From: Octopus vulgaris | Taxonomy: Eukaryota | Assembly (NCBI GenBank): GCA_951406725.2 | Contig: OX597814.1 | Span: 86,118,001-86,182,000 of the forward strand | Direction of reading: 5' to 3' | DNA: 64,000 bases | Part shown: positions 43,020-57,550 of the stretch, piece after piece | How positions within the stretch are numbered: the stretch's first letter is position 1 | How the letters are laid out: every line of letters starts with the position of its first letter | The notes under the pieces: generated by a model | What the model was told of the DNA's origin: nothing | Database searches by the model: none | The model's input: the letters and a program-made list of their open reading frames with translations, nothing else | Program-made: the position numbers and the translations under genes

Positions 43020-43500
43020 GGAGAGCGCTAGTCGAATACATTGACCCCAGTGCACAACTGGTACTTATTTCATCAACCCCGAAAAGATGAAAGGCGAAAC
43101 CAACCTCTGCAGAATTTGAACTCAGAACGTAAAAATGAACGAAATGCCGCTAAGCATTTTCTCCAGGTCCAGCGTGCTAACGATTCTTCAAGCTCACCAC
43201 CTCGAAGTTAATGGTTTCAAATTTTGTTGCATAAAAGTTCAAGGGAGGGGTTCAGTCGATTACTGCCAGTTCGCCGCTTTAAATTAAGGTGGCGAACTGG
43301 CAGAATCGTTAGGACGCCGGGCAAAATGCTTGGCGACATTTTCTGTCTTTATTGCCTGGGCTCAAATTCCGCTGAGGTTGATTTTGCCTTTCAGCCTTTC
43401 GGAGTCGACAAAAACAAGTTCCAGTTGAACACTGGAGTTGAAGTAATCGACCTAACCCCATCCCTGAAATTGCTGGCCTTGTGCCAAAATTTGAAGTCAA
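43020..43500. mobile_element. Head-to-head pair of SINE family B copies (43020-43205 minus; 43287-43500 plus)
   Basis: Family B core in both orientations. Confidence 0.8.
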
Positions 43501-44039
43501 TATAAATATTAGTTGGTTGGTTGGCTGGTTGGTTGATTTTTCGGACACGCTTTACATCGTGTAGAAAGAGGTGGCGAGAGAATAAAAGAGAAATACGGTG
43601 AGTGGATAACATGAGAGGTGCAGAATGAGTGTCTTATAATTTGCTGAAAACTACATAAATTTTAATGAAATTTTGCAGAGATAGGTTTGTGATTATGTCG
43701 ATAAAATTTAGAAAAATAATAACATATATTTATTGCAAACGTACAAATGAGAAATTTGTTTTATTTAATTTTATTTCAAAGTAATGAAGATTTTTCGGTT
43801 GAAAATTAGCATTCATTTCATCATTTTGTATAAACACCAAAAATTTAGACTATAATTATTCATGTATATCATATTTCTTTATATTACCCACGGTGGCAAA
43901 AGTGTACTTACAATGTTACCCATCGTACGACGGTTAACACTCCAGTTTATTTATAACTACACTTAAAACTGGACGGTCACGCCAGGAAAGCCTTTTATCA
44001 GACTCACAGGTTTGCAGTAAAAAAGATATGCATATATGT

Positions 44040-44362
44040 GAAGGCGCGTGGCTTAGTGGGTGAGACATTCAGCTCACGATCATAAGGTCGTGCGTTCAAT
44101 TCCCTACGACGCGTTGTGTCCTTGAGCAAGACACTTTATTTCACGTTGTTCCAGTCCACTCAGCCACCAAAAATGAGTAGTACCTGTATTTCAAAGGGCC
44201 AGCCTTGTCACATTCTGTGTCACGCTGAATCTCCCTGAGATCTACGTTAAGAGTACGCGTATCTGTGGGGTGCTCAGCCACTTGCACGTTAATTTCACGA
44301 ACAAGCTGTTCCGCTGATCGGGTCAAATGGAATCTTTGTCGTCGTAACCGACGGATTGCCAG
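44040..44362 (+). mobile_element. SINE family C, full length
   Basis: A box TGGCTTAGTGG, B-box-like GTTCAATTCCC, complete tail. Confidence 0.9.
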
Positions 44363-45452
44363 ATTTTTTTGTTTGTTTTTTTATATTATTTCTACTATAG
44401 GCACAAAAGACATGGAATTTTGAGGGATAGGGCTTGTCGATTACATCGATCTCATTATTTGACTGGTACTTATTTCATCGCCCCCCCCCCTCCCCCGAAA
44501 GGATAAAAAGCATAAATCAGTCGTAACGGAATTTGAATTCAGAACGTAAATAAGGAGGAAATGGCGCTAAGCATTTTCTCCGGTGTGCTAACGATCCTGC
44601 CAGTTCACCGGAGAGAGTTCCACTTGATCCCATCAACGGAATCCTGAATTACTCCACAACTATATAAACATATATATGTATGTTTGTGTACATGTGCATG
44701 TGTTCAGTGCGTATGAGTGTGTGTGCGTGTATGTGCTCTTTAGCCGTTATCAACGAGTAATACTTAAGAGAGGCAACTCTGGATAGATCTTATTAAAGCT
44801 ATAGCCTTAACTAAAATGCAGTCAACAACATTGACTGGTTTGCGCCAGTAAACTACTGGAATTTATTGTAGTATTAGCGCCAAGCAGTGTTTCGGTATAA
44901 GCAAAGTTTAGGCTAGTTAAAATATGTTTGTGACATATTTCAACTGCTAAAAGGCAAATTCTCGAAAATTTTCTCATATGGTAAAAAGGGGTAAAAACAA
45001 CATATCTGTCCAGTGGGGGTCAATTTGTTCGATTAAAGCCTTGAAGGCGATGCACCAGCATGGCCACAGTCCAATGACTGAAACAAAAGTGAAAAAATAA
45101 ATTACATTTTTATAAGGTCTAATGAATTGCCTCCACCCCAACTTCGAATCGAACACGGATCCTGTACTCGGCTATTATCCTGCATTACTTACAACAAAAC
45201 ATTAAAGATCATTAATATATAAATAATACATGAGGAGGTAAGGGTCTAATTTTCCTCTCTTTCTCTCTTTCTCCCTCTCTCTGTCTCTTTCTTTCCCTCT
45301 CTCTCACTCTCTTTATTTCTTTCTTCCCTACTTTCTTCATCTTTACGTCTCCCCTTCTCCTTCTATGTCTCTTCTATCTCTATCTCGGTTTTTCCACATT
45401 AAACTCTCGAGAATGTTGTTTACTGTTGTTATAATTTATCTTAAGTAATCTA

Positions 45453-45497
<45 letters not shown>

Positions 45498-45583
45498 GTG
45501 TGTGTGTGTGTGTGTGTTTATATATATATATATGTTTATATGACACGCACACATACATATATTTGTGCGTGTATGTATAATAT

Positions 45584-45638
<55 letters not shown>

Positions 45639-46214
45639 TATATATTATATGTGTGTATGCATTACTTTCACTTCCTCCCAGAACGTAATAAAAGAAACAG
45701 TTTAAAGAAAAATAAAGAGCAAGAAATTCTCCAGGAAGAACGAAAACATTCTAATAGTTGGCTCGTTTAACAAAAATATCTAAAAAGATAATGACAAGAT
45801 AATTTTCAAATACCATTATTTTCGTGAATTTTTTCAATGTAATTTTCTTTTTTCATTTTTCTTTTGTTTTTTTGTAAGAAATGCGTGTGGGGGCTTTTTG
45901 CTTTTCTAGCTTTTTGTCTTTTTTTTTTCATTAAAAAGCTTATAATTAATAATTTTTTTAATAAGAAACATGAAGTTATTTTCAAAGATTAAAGTTAAAA
46001 GAATTGAAAACGTAATTTTTTTTTCTTTTCGCTTTCACTCGCTTTCACTCTTTTTCTCTCTTCTCCGCCCCAGTCTTTCGTTTCTGTTCTTTGTTTCTTT
46101 CGTCCTTATTTTTTCCTTCTGATTTTTTAATTTTATTTATATATTTTCTTTTTCTTCTGAAAGAACATCTGTAACGAGCTAAAAACATTAGGAAGCCTTT
46201 AAAAGATAAAAGTA

Positions 46215-46216
<2 letters not shown>

Positions 46217-46285
<69 letters not shown>

Positions 46286-46372
46286 CAACAACAACAACAA
46301 CGACGACGACGACGACGACGACAACGACGATGATGACGATGATGACGACGTTGACGATGACAGTGATAACGG

Positions 46373-46432
<60 letters not shown>

Positions 46433-46512
46433 CGATGTTGACGATGACAGCGATAACGGTGATGATGATGATGACTACGACGTTGACGATGACAATGATA
46501 ACGGTGATGATA

Positions 46513-46543
<31 letters not shown>

Positions 46544-46608
46544 CGACGACGACGACGACGACGTTGACGATGAAAATGATAACGGTGACGATGTTGATGA
46601 TGATGATT
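46217..46608. repeat. Compound trinucleotide array (TAA)n(CAA)n(CGA)n(TGA)n with a higher-order unit
   Basis: Directly visible; GTTGACGATGA.A..GATAACGGTGA recurs four times. Confidence 0.92.
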
Positions 46609-47002
46609 TAGGAACAAGTTCAACAATTTTCAGAGAAGCCGAGTAGTCGATTGCATCGACTCCAGTACTCGGCTGGTATTTCAGTTTGATCGACCCCGAA
46701 AGGATAAAAGGTAGATTTAATATCGGTGGAATAATAATAATGACTTTGAATAATATTTCCTTTGGGCCTTGGTATTTTCTACATTTACATCTCTGCAATA
46801 CGTGTAATATCTTCTCTTCACTTATCTTTCTGAGTGCTGCCTCTTCGTGTTTAGTTATTCGTATTATTGCTCTGTTGTGCATTATTTCATCGTACTTTGT
46901 TTTGTGTTCTATATACTCTTCATATACTATCATACAAATAAATGCTTGATTTATGTTAAAACTCACCATCTCTAATCTATGAAGTCAACCATTCGTTTTT
47001 AC

Positions 47003-47116
47003 CTTAGCCAAGACTGCGTTACAAAACAACATCTGTTGTTCAGATCTAATATCTTAGCATGAACATTCTCTGGCCATAATTTTGCTTCTTGATCAATGTT
47101 TTTCGTAGGAAGGTAC
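47003..47116 (-). CDS. Candidate coding exon of an unidentified gene (114 nt)
   Basis: Acceptor TTTTCTATCTTTACAG; open frame YLPTKNIDQEAKLWPENVHAKILDLNNRCCFVTQSWL(R); ends at a weak donor AG|GTAAAA or an immediate stop. No homology recognised. Confidence 0.4.
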
Positions 47117-47268
47117 CTGTAAAGATAGAAAATACGGTAAATTAAAATCTGATACTGAATAAAACTAAAACAGATTTAATGCTTTTAAACTTGTCCAACA
47201 CCACGAGGTTGAAAGAATAATTATAAGTAAAAATTCCTGATGGGCTCTGTCCTTCCCAGTCAGATTAA

Positions 47269-47458
47269 CCGTTTAGCGTTTAAATGGGCTGCATCCATTT
47301 TTATGTTCAAACTGACCAAATCTAGCCTCTTACGCCTACCCTACAATGTCATTCTAAAAATATACAATCACATCATCAAAATATCAAAGCTCTGAAATAA
47401 TGCATGGTTACTTCAAAACAATAAGATTACATTTGACGGAATAATCGATGTTAAAGGG
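47269..47458. mobile_element. piggyBac-like MITE
   Basis: TTAA|CCGTTTAGCGT ... ATGTTAAAGGG|TTAA: imperfect TIRs with TTAA on both sides. Confidence 0.6.
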
Positions 47459-47898
47459 TTAAGACATAAAAAATAAACATTTACGATGCCGCGCTCACCG
47501 TACTTACCTATTCCTTGAATAACATCCATTTATTCACTCTAAATATCTCATATATAAAGTTTCACATACCTATACTCTACGGTGATTTACTCCTCATCTA
47601 GCCGTGCCCTGAATAATGGATGGTCTATTTCCCATCTGTTTAACGCTACGAATATGCACCACATTCGGACTACGGCGGCGAAGCGGCTGATTTGTTAAAG
47701 CATATGACAAAATTACTTATGTTATTAGTTCCGTCTCTCCACACTTGAAATGCCTTTCATCTTTATGACGTTGATAAAATAAAGCACTAGTTCAGGACGA
47801 TGAGTTAACAGATGTTAACTGACGGTATTGTTAGTACGTTGAACTAGATAACTTGTGAAATTTGTTCCGACTTTGTGTTCTGAGTATCACTAACTGAC

Positions 47899-47991
47899 CC
47901 CTGGGTACTTTTGGCAAAGTTCATTCTGTTGTTAGCAATCAGTCCAGCTCTCAAGCTTGTAGATAACTTCCTTCCAATTGTCTTCAGCTTC
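47899..47991 (-). CDS. Candidate coding exon of an unidentified gene (93 nt)
   Basis: Acceptor CTTCTATTTTTGCAG, donor GG|GTCAGT; the only open frame is KLKTIGRKLSTSLRAGLIANNRMNFAKSTQG, phase-compatible with 47003-47116. Confidence 0.42.
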
Positions 47992-48719
47992 CTGCAAAAA
48001 TAGAAGATCATTGGCTATGTTCTTCAGTTCGAAAATAAACGGTAAAAAAACAAAATACCAAGAAGCCATGGTCACAGTAAATTTTTCTTTATTTAACACC
48101 ACCATCCTGATAAAAAAAGGAGGACACCCTGGACAAAATATTTATCGACAAACTATGTCTAGCTGAAATAAAAAAAAAAGAATGGGTGTTGCGGATAGAA
48201 TACAACTGAAAATAGATTTGTCGATCAAAGTTGACTTGCAGTAAAACACCTAAGACTACAAACAACAATCGTGAACGTGTAGGAAAAGTAAAATATAAAT
48301 ATAAATAGAAAAAGATAAATATAAATAGATTAAATATCAATTTCACGCACTGATGTGATGTAATCAGATCTTACTTGACCTTTTGTGGTCAGAGAGTTCA
48401 ATCAACGATTGATCATCTATATTGACTTCAAGAGAGGATTGGACTGCAGATATGCATACTAATCTACATACATACATACACACATATACAGACATACATA
48501 AACATACACGTGTATACATACTTATAAAAGATAAACAAACAGTAGTATCCATACATGATAGTACGAAAACGTACAATTATGACTTGATATGTGTATTTAT
48601 GAAGCATAGTAAATATTAAACACATTCATACTTACTTCAGTACATGCATACGCGCGTACGCACGTAATAAATATTCACGTAAATTTGACGAATTATAGAG
48701 ACTTGCACCGAAGCATATA

Positions 48720-48782
<63 letters not shown>

Positions 48783-48851
48783 TGAATGTAAATGGCTCGA
48801 TGTCAATATTTGGGGAGGGAGAATACATAGGTAGATGGACAGGTAGTTTAT

Positions 48852-48889
<38 letters not shown>

Positions 48890-49079
48890 GAACGCACATA
48901 TATACATATATGTATACATACTGCACATTCACAAATTCATAGAAAGGTATGCACTCACAAAAAAAAGCATGCACAAACGCAAACTATGTTCTCTCTAATG
49001 GTGCATATGTGTCTATATATACATATGTATGTGTACATATATATATATATATACATATATATGCACATAAATATATGCA

Positions 49080-49133
<54 letters not shown>

Positions 49134-50469
49134 TATATACATATATACATATATATATGCATATATGTATGTATATATATATGTACATACATACAAACTT
49201 AGGTGTTTACATACATTACAAGCATTATATACATTATATATATACACACACACGCACACACATACACACGCACACAGATATATATGCATATACATATATA
49301 TATATACACACACACATACACATACACACAAACATATACAGAGAGAGAGGGAGAGAGAGATGCATATATAGATACATGCATACATCCATTCAAAGCTACA
49401 AAATGCATTTATATACACACACAAACATGTATACATACACACATACACGAGGAACCTGAAATAAAAAATGCGTTTGCTATCCACCACCTCCCACATTCCC
49501 AGTCTCCATCTTGTTGTAATCCAGTTAAGCAGTCGTCTAAATCTTTATCTCACAAAGAATAGGTTCGTTAGTGAAGTCTGCGAGAAAATCTCCTCCAATT
49601 CCTTAAAATAGCAACCAAAATCAGCATCGAGAAGCTTCGTCGTTTGTTTATTTTCGCCTCCAGATAGAAAAGCGTATCAGGTTTACAAAACTGGAATAAG
49701 AGGCGAAAAAAAATTGTTTTAATTTAAATTTCATTAGCGCTAATTCGATTTGACTAATAATTTCGTGTAATTAACTAGATAAAAACATAGCATGTGTATA
49801 TGTATTTATGTGTGTGTATGAATGTATGTATATAAGTATGTATGTGTGTGCATACGTGTGCATGTGTGTGTGCATGTGTGCGTGCGTGTGTATTTGTGCA
49901 TCTGCGCATCTGTATGTATATGATATGTAGATGTGAAAATGGTGTGACGGTATTTTTATGCATGCGTGCGTGCGTGTGTGTGTGCGTGCGCACGCGTATG
50001 TGTGCGTATTAGTGTGTTTCTAGGAAGTGTGGATCTGGGAACATGCGTATTATTGCATAGATGTATACAATCTGTCTTTAAACGTGTTTACGGATGAGTG
50101 TACATACATGTCTACAGTATGTACGTGTACGTTTGTACTTGTATGAAGATATATGCATATTTATGTGTATCAGTAAATGGTGTGAGGTTGTGTAAATGTA
50201 TGGTCCTTTTGATATATTATGTATGTTATACATGCATGCATGTATGTATACATGCATGTACGTATGTATGAATATATGAATGTAGCTATGTAAATTGGTA
50301 GGTAACTTGCTATCTCGCTAGGTAAATGGCCAGGTATATTATGTTTGCATAATACATACATGTATACATACATGTATATGTATGCATGTACATATTTGAA
50401 TATAAGTATATAAATATACATATATTATATATATATATGTATATATATATTAATATATGTATGTTTGTG

Positions 50470-50521
<52 letters not shown>

Positions 50522-52085
50522 TATATGTATGTTTGTGTATATGTATATACATATATACGTATGTATACATATATACGTATATCTACATGTTTTCAGTATA
50601 TGCAAATAAACTTTCAGAGACCCGTTTTCTATGCATCCATTTATGTATGTATGTATATATGTATTCATGCATGCATATACGTATGTATGGATGTATGTGT
50701 GTATGCATGCATGATTTTATTAATGTTTTCTTCGAGTGGATCTCTAGATACTGGATGAAATTTTTTCTGATATATTTCGTTGTTTAAATAGTGTCACACC
50801 CTTAATATCATTCTGTCAATTCGCAAAAACAACACTGAAACCTTTTACTTCAGCACATGTGTACCTAGATGTAACCTTAAACATATCTGATTGTCAGTGA
50901 TAGGCGTTTGTTTATTCAGGCCCTAATCTATCGACATAAAACTCATACAAGGAACTGGAATTCTTTCCTGCGAGAGAAGTGACAACGATATACAATTTTC
51001 AGCGATTCATAAGGATAATAACATTAATATTTGTTGCTGCTCTTGCTGTTGTTGTTGATGTTGTGATTGTTGTTGTAGGTGGTGGTGGTATTGATGTTGT
51101 TTTTATTATTATTAAACATTTGGTAGTTTCCGGCAAATTTCTACTATATCACTTGCTACACCTCCGTGTAGCTGGAGTGTGTGTAGCATTGTGCCACACC
51201 CTTTGGAAGAGTACAAACTCTTCCCGGTATTATACTGCGTCAGTTTGTTTTGTTATGGGGCCTGGATGCACTCTTTTATTGTATTAGTGTTTGTAATGTA
51301 TGTTGTGTGGATAATGCGAATTATGTTCATCTGTTACGCATCCGGGTGAGTAGGCAGAACCGCTACCAGATCAGACAAAATGTTCAAAAGCCGCCGAGGT
51401 CAACTTTACCTTTCATCATTTTGAGCTCATTAAGATAAATGCCATTTGAGCACTAGACGCGACGAGGGTTTCCACCAACTTCTCTCTCAAATATATAAAG
51501 AGGCCCGCTTTTAAATATATGTTTTTCATCTTCCCCTTTACCCTTCACTGAATAAATACCACGAGCAAGGATGCACTCACTTTTGCGATAAACTTCTACC
51601 ATATTACATGTTTTCTTTTTTTTTTTTTTTTTGCCTGGTATTGACGATGTTCAATATTTCTGTTGGCTTGTAAGCTGCCAAAAGATGAACTGTTGTTCTT
51701 GCTGCTAGGAGCGGAGGTGGTGTGCCGGCGGTGGTAGTACTTCTGTTAGAGCTATTTAAGTTTACGTTTTCATTTCTCAAATCGTGGCTGTTGAATACCT
51801 GTGCCTTGGATTTAATTGCCATTTATCTATTTTACCTTCTTTATATCAAATTGTTTATTGGGGAGGGGTTATTTTCTTTTCTTTCTTTTTTTGCGGCAGG
51901 ATAGCTTTCGCTGCAATCATCTTTGTCCACACCGCTCCCTCCCACACGCACACATACCTACAAACTCATAGGTGGCCATCCTCAGCCACTAATAAACAAA
52001 GTAAAATGGATGTTTGCTAAAAATGTATATACAATAAAAATATATAGGAGTAAATGCAGTGAACATTAAAGTATTCCGAAGCCCC

Positions 52086-52510
52086 TTTACTCTTTTACTC
52101 TTTTTTACTCTTTTTTTTACTCTTTTTACTTGTTTCAGTCATTTGACTGCGGCCATGCTGGAGCACCGCCTTTAGTCGAGCAAATCGACCCCGGGACTTA
52201 TTCTTTGTAAGCCCAGTACTTATACTATCGGTCTCTTTTGCCGAACCGCTAAGTTACGGGGACGTAAACACACCAGCATCGGTTGTCAAGCAATGCTAGG
52301 GGAACAAACACAGACACACAAACATATTCACACACACTTATATATATATACATAAATACGACAGGCTTCTTTCAGTTTCCGTCTACCAAATCCACTCACA
52401 AGGCATTGGTCGGCCCGGGGCTATAGCAGAAGACACTTGCCCAAGATGCCACGCAGTGGGACTGAACCCGGAACCATGTGGTTGGTTAGCAAGCTACTTA
52501 CCAAACAGCC
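52086..52510 (-). mobile_element. SINE family A, young near-consensus copy
   Basis: Nearly complete body with a (GTAAAAnGA)n tail on the minus strand. Other fragments at about 15015-15178, 25526-25710, 35610-35800, 56950-57140, 58795-58947, 59368-59492 and 62945-63060. Confidence 0.92.
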
Positions 52511-52586
52511 AAGCAGTGCAAAAATTGGCAATGTGAATTGATAAATAAATTCTCCCCCCTCTCTCTCTCTCTCTATCTATCTATCC

Positions 52587-52707
<121 letters not shown>

Positions 52708-53704
52708 GCTCACTACGTCACCAGTATTGTTTGAGACAATTGAGGAAGTTGTAACTACCTATTTCGTCATCAATAATTAAGATAGTCTTTTAAGCTCTAG
52801 AGGTGTTGGAATCACGTGGTTTGAAAAAACATATAAGTGTTAATACTTTGTAGTTTTATTATCTTTTAAACAGTTTTAATTTAGCTTTAATCGTAGCAAG
52901 GTTTTATAATGATAGTTAATTACAAGTATACTTTTATTAGTTCCTATTTAATAAAATTTGATGTTTCTATTAGTTACTGGCAATTTTACATTAAAGCTTG
53001 TAAGAGTAATATATATTAATGAGTATGTAGTGTTTTTATTATTAACTTTTGAATTATGAAATAATGTATTTCCCTCATAATTATTATATTATTCGTTAAA
53101 TTAAATTCAATCGTATTTTGTTTTGGGGAGAATTGAATATTAAGCATTCACATTTTTATCATAGTAGTAACTATGGAAGACTGACTAGTGGCATTATTAT
53201 TTGTATGGACTTAAAGATTGGTTGCTATTTAGTGTATAATTTCTTTATTGTATTTCGTTTTTGGATTTGGTTTGCAAGATTCTTTATATGAGTTCATGTG
53301 TTGAAGCATATTCTGTTGTGTCTGGGGAGAGTCATTCTCTTTTAGTGCCTTATTATTTAACACACTCACCGGTAAAATTTCCACTTATTTCTTATTTTTA
53401 TTTTCTAAAATTTTCGTTGCGTCTTGCAACCTTTTCAATAGTCTTGACTCTCTTTATTGTACGTTTACTATTAATACCGATACAGATGTGTATAGATTTA
53501 TGTGTTTGAAAGTTGTGGTTTCTTTAGTATGTTTTTTCCTAAACTACACTTATTTTAGTTCAGTTGACTCCGCCGGACTGAATGGTACTACCCAGGTGTC
53601 GAAACCATAATGATATCCGTGAGGCAGCTGATGATGGAGATATGCTAGATTGTTGGTATGGCTGTTTTTGCATATGTGGAATAGTATTATAACACATCCT
53701 TTTG

Positions 53705-53747
<43 letters not shown>

Positions 53748-53749
<2 letters not shown>

Positions 53750-53927
53750 TGCCAAGCTGTATCGACCTTTGTCTTTCCCTTGGATAACACTGGTGGCGTG
53801 GAGAGGGGAGGCTGGTATGCATGGGCGACTGCTGGTCTTCCATAAACAACCTTGCCCGGACTTGTGTCTAGGAGGGTAACTTTCTAGGTGCAATCCCATG
53901 GTCATTCATGACCGAAGGGGGTTTTAC

Positions 53928-53930
<3 letters not shown>
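53748..53930 (+). mobile_element. Probable 3' end of a truncated retroposon inserted in (TA)n
   Basis: GC-richer unique segment flanked by (TA)n on both sides, ending in the small hairpin GGTCATTCATGACC. Confidence 0.45.
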
Positions 53931-53989
<59 letters not shown>

Positions 53990-54115
53990 AAGGTTGAGTT
54001 CAATTAGAACAGTTTTATTTTGTGGGATCCAAAGTTAGATTTCTAATAAAGATTCTTCATATTAAATTTATAGCTTGCTATTGCAAGTCTTTTATTAAAA
54101 ATATGAAAATTGTAC

Positions 54116-54272
54116 AAGTATAAGGTGTATTATGAGCATTTATAGAACAGTCCTATATCAACTCAACGAACGATTAAAGATGGAGAAGAAAAGATGTTCA
54201 CTTCTCCATCTTTAATTGTTTGTTGAATTGATATAGGACTGTGTCCTATAAATGCTCATAATACACCTTATA

Positions 54273-54275
<3 letters not shown>
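54116..54275. repeat. Long imperfect palindrome (about 73-bp arms, 12-nt loop)
   Basis: AAGTATAAGGTGTATTATGAGCATTTATAG...ATTAAAGATGGAGAAG / CTTCTCCATCTTTAAT...CTATAAATGCTCATAATACACCTTATACTT. Confidence 0.93.
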
Positions 54276-54336
<61 letters not shown>

Positions 54337-55328
54337 TATGAAATCATTTATTATATTATGCTATATATAGAGAGAGTAATATAACATAATATAGTAATGA
54401 AGACTTACATAAAGATCTTCAAGTTCCCGTGTCAACGATACGATGATTGCAGCACTTCTTCAGCTGCTTTGTAAGTTTTTTTCGTATTTGCAGTTGATGG
54501 TGTTAACGATACCGGGCTTACGACGACTGATATTGAAGTTCGTCTCTTTTGTCGTCACATGTGGCTTGTCAATCCATATTAATCTTTTTTTTTTAACCAG
54601 AATAATATTGACAGTGAAGTCATTTCGAAGTTACCGTCAATACTATTCGTGTTAAAGAATAATAAACAGACAGACGGACAAACAGCCAGACAGAAAGACT
54701 GACTGACTAACGGACGGACGGATGGACGGACAGACGGACGGACGGACCGACCGACCGACCGTCGGACGGACCGACGGACCGACGGGCGGACGGAATGACG
54801 GACGGATGGACGGATGAATTGACAAATATATATTTTATATCATCGGAATTGTACAAATTCTCTACTTTGAAAAGATATGTGACTCTGAAAATTGGTCAGT
54901 CGTTCAAAGATCGCCTTTCAGAGATACTCGTCGCCTAAAGATGCTTAATCTGCTTTATTGGTGTCTATAGATGAAGTGCCAAATTATTATTATTATTATT
55001 GTTGTTGTTGTTGTTCACATTTGAACGCCATTAAAGTCTGTTGTTATTGTCTGAAAACGGTTTAAAGAGACTGTGGTGTCTGAACACAGTTTAAAGCGCT
55101 TTGTTCTTCTCTTTGAGGTTGGATGTTTATTGACAACTTTAAAAGAAAGAATAATGACTGTTGAGATAACGACATAATACATCGATATACCATACTTAAA
55201 GATATGTTGTGTGTGTGACTGTGTGTGTGTGCGTGTTTGTGTGTCTGTGGCTAACTTTGTGTGTGTGCGTTTGTGTTTATATATACGTATGTGTTGATAT
55301 ATTTATACATATACATACACACACACGC

Positions 55329-55382
<54 letters not shown>

Positions 55383-57161
55383 GTATGTGTGTGTGTGTGT
55401 ATATAGAGAGACACACACACATATATATGTACTTATATATATGTGTGTGTGTGTGTGTGTGTGAATATATAATAAATGCATGTATATATGAACATACACT
55501 CGCTCGCCATATATACACACATATATACATACATGCATACATACATACACACATACACACAAACGTACGTGCGAGTGTGTAAGCTGATCTCTTTCTAAAA
55601 CTTGTAATTTACATTCTACGTTAGCAAACGTATTTTATTAATACATTAATGTATATACGTGCATATGTATGTACATGCATACTTCTGCATACACGTATGT
55701 ATGTATGTATGTATGTATGTATGTATGTATGTATGTATGTATGTATGTATGTATGTACGTACGTACGTATGTATGTATGTATGTATGTATGTATGTATGT
55801 ATGTATGTATGTATGTATGTATCAACGTTTGTGTGTATGTATATATGTGCGTGTATAAAATTGCCACTTTTGAAAAGACTGGCATATGTATGTAGGCCCG
55901 TACATTACTTCTCACAATTGTAGACGAGGAAGAAACTATAAATTCTATGTAGTAACTAGAAACGAAAGCACTAGAGTAGAGATGAATAACTCGCACCTCC
56001 CCGACTAAGATATTCTAGTAAAAGACTGCAACAAGACAGAAAACAGTGGCTAAGAGATAAATGATAAATGATAAATTATAACTTTGGCACAAGGCCTAGC
56101 ATGACACTCATGTTTATCTTGAGGCATCAGTTGCTTAATATAGTTGTCTTCAACCAGGAATCGAAACCAGTTTGTGAGCCAACGGTCGCTCGATGACATA
56201 GAAATAAAAGTTAAATCTGCTTGTTTTCACACTCAAACTGTTTTAAATAGTGTGAGTCGTCTACTTGGTTACATCCTCACAGTACTTAACTGGTACTTAT
56301 TTTATCGACCCCAAAAGGATGACAGGCAAAGTCAGCCTCGGTGGAATTTGGTCGCAGAACGTAAAGAGCTAGTTGAAATGACCGACGCGCTAATGATTCT
56401 ACCAGCTCGTCACATTTGCTTTCGTTTTAAATCTTTTCTACTATAGGCACAAGGCATGAAACTTTGGGGGAGGGGTCTAGTTAGTAACATCAACAACCGT
56501 GCTCAGCTGGTTCTTATTTTATCGACCCCGTATGGGCCTCAGCGGAATTTGAAGACCGAACGTAAACGGCGGAAAGAAATGTCGCTAAGCATTTTGTCCG
56601 GCATGGTAACGATTCCACAAGCTTGCTACTTTCGATACAATCTTAAGTAAAATGAAAGACACAAAGGATGAACTCTGGTTAAAATAATTTCTCTCATCAT
56701 AGTTCTGTTGAAGCAGGGTTAACCTGGGGTTAAACAGCAAAGACAACGACAAAAAAACTAATTTGCGAAGCCAGCTTAGCATGAATGTAAGCTGTAATAT
56801 CATTACATGGCCTGATTTTACCTTATAACATACAGATGCAACAAAAATCTGTAAACTATTTTGTTCGATGTTCTTCTGATTCACATAAATATTTGCCCGC
56901 CTAACGATAAATGACAATTCATACCACAGTATCAATCCTTATTTTTTATGTATTTCTTGTTTCAGTCATTATACTGTGGTCATGCTGGAGTACCACAGCG
57001 TTGAAGGATTGAGTCGAACAAATCGACACTAGTATTTATGGTACTAAGTCTATCGATCTCTTATGCCGAAACGCTAGGATACGGACAAATAATTCAACCA
57101 ACAACGGGTGTCAAGCGGTAGGGAAGTCTAACTCAAACACATACATACATACATACATACA

Positions 57162-57192
<31 letters not shown>

Positions 57193-57430
57193 TACAAAAT
57201 AAGGGCAAAAGAAAAATTCTAATGCCAAATATGCCAAAAAAAAGACTGCTAGCCATTGATAAAATTTTTTTCGAAAAAAATGTTATCCTACATTAGTTAT
57301 ATATATATATATTATATAAATAATAAATATTATATAAATCCATATTTACAGGGAAGACTATTTATTAAAATTTATATATTGATTATATTTCCTTGTTTGT
57401 TTATATATATATTTTGTCTCTAATAATATT

Positions 57431-57475
<45 letters not shown>

Positions 57476-57550
57476 ACATTCGCTATGTTGGACCACTGAA
57501 CTCGACACGTTTTTTTTTCGTTCTCTCTCTGCTTATTTCCTCTTATTCCT

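Noticed and set aside
46475-46969. 164-aa minus-strand ORF
   Set aside because: The C-terminal half is SINE B plus a trinucleotide repeat, and the N-terminal half has no recognisable homology.
53405-53445. Minus-strand GUUGC/GCAAC-GAAA hairpin resembling HHR stem II
   Set aside because: The upstream box is CUAUUGA with extra spacer bases and there is no stem I; too weak.
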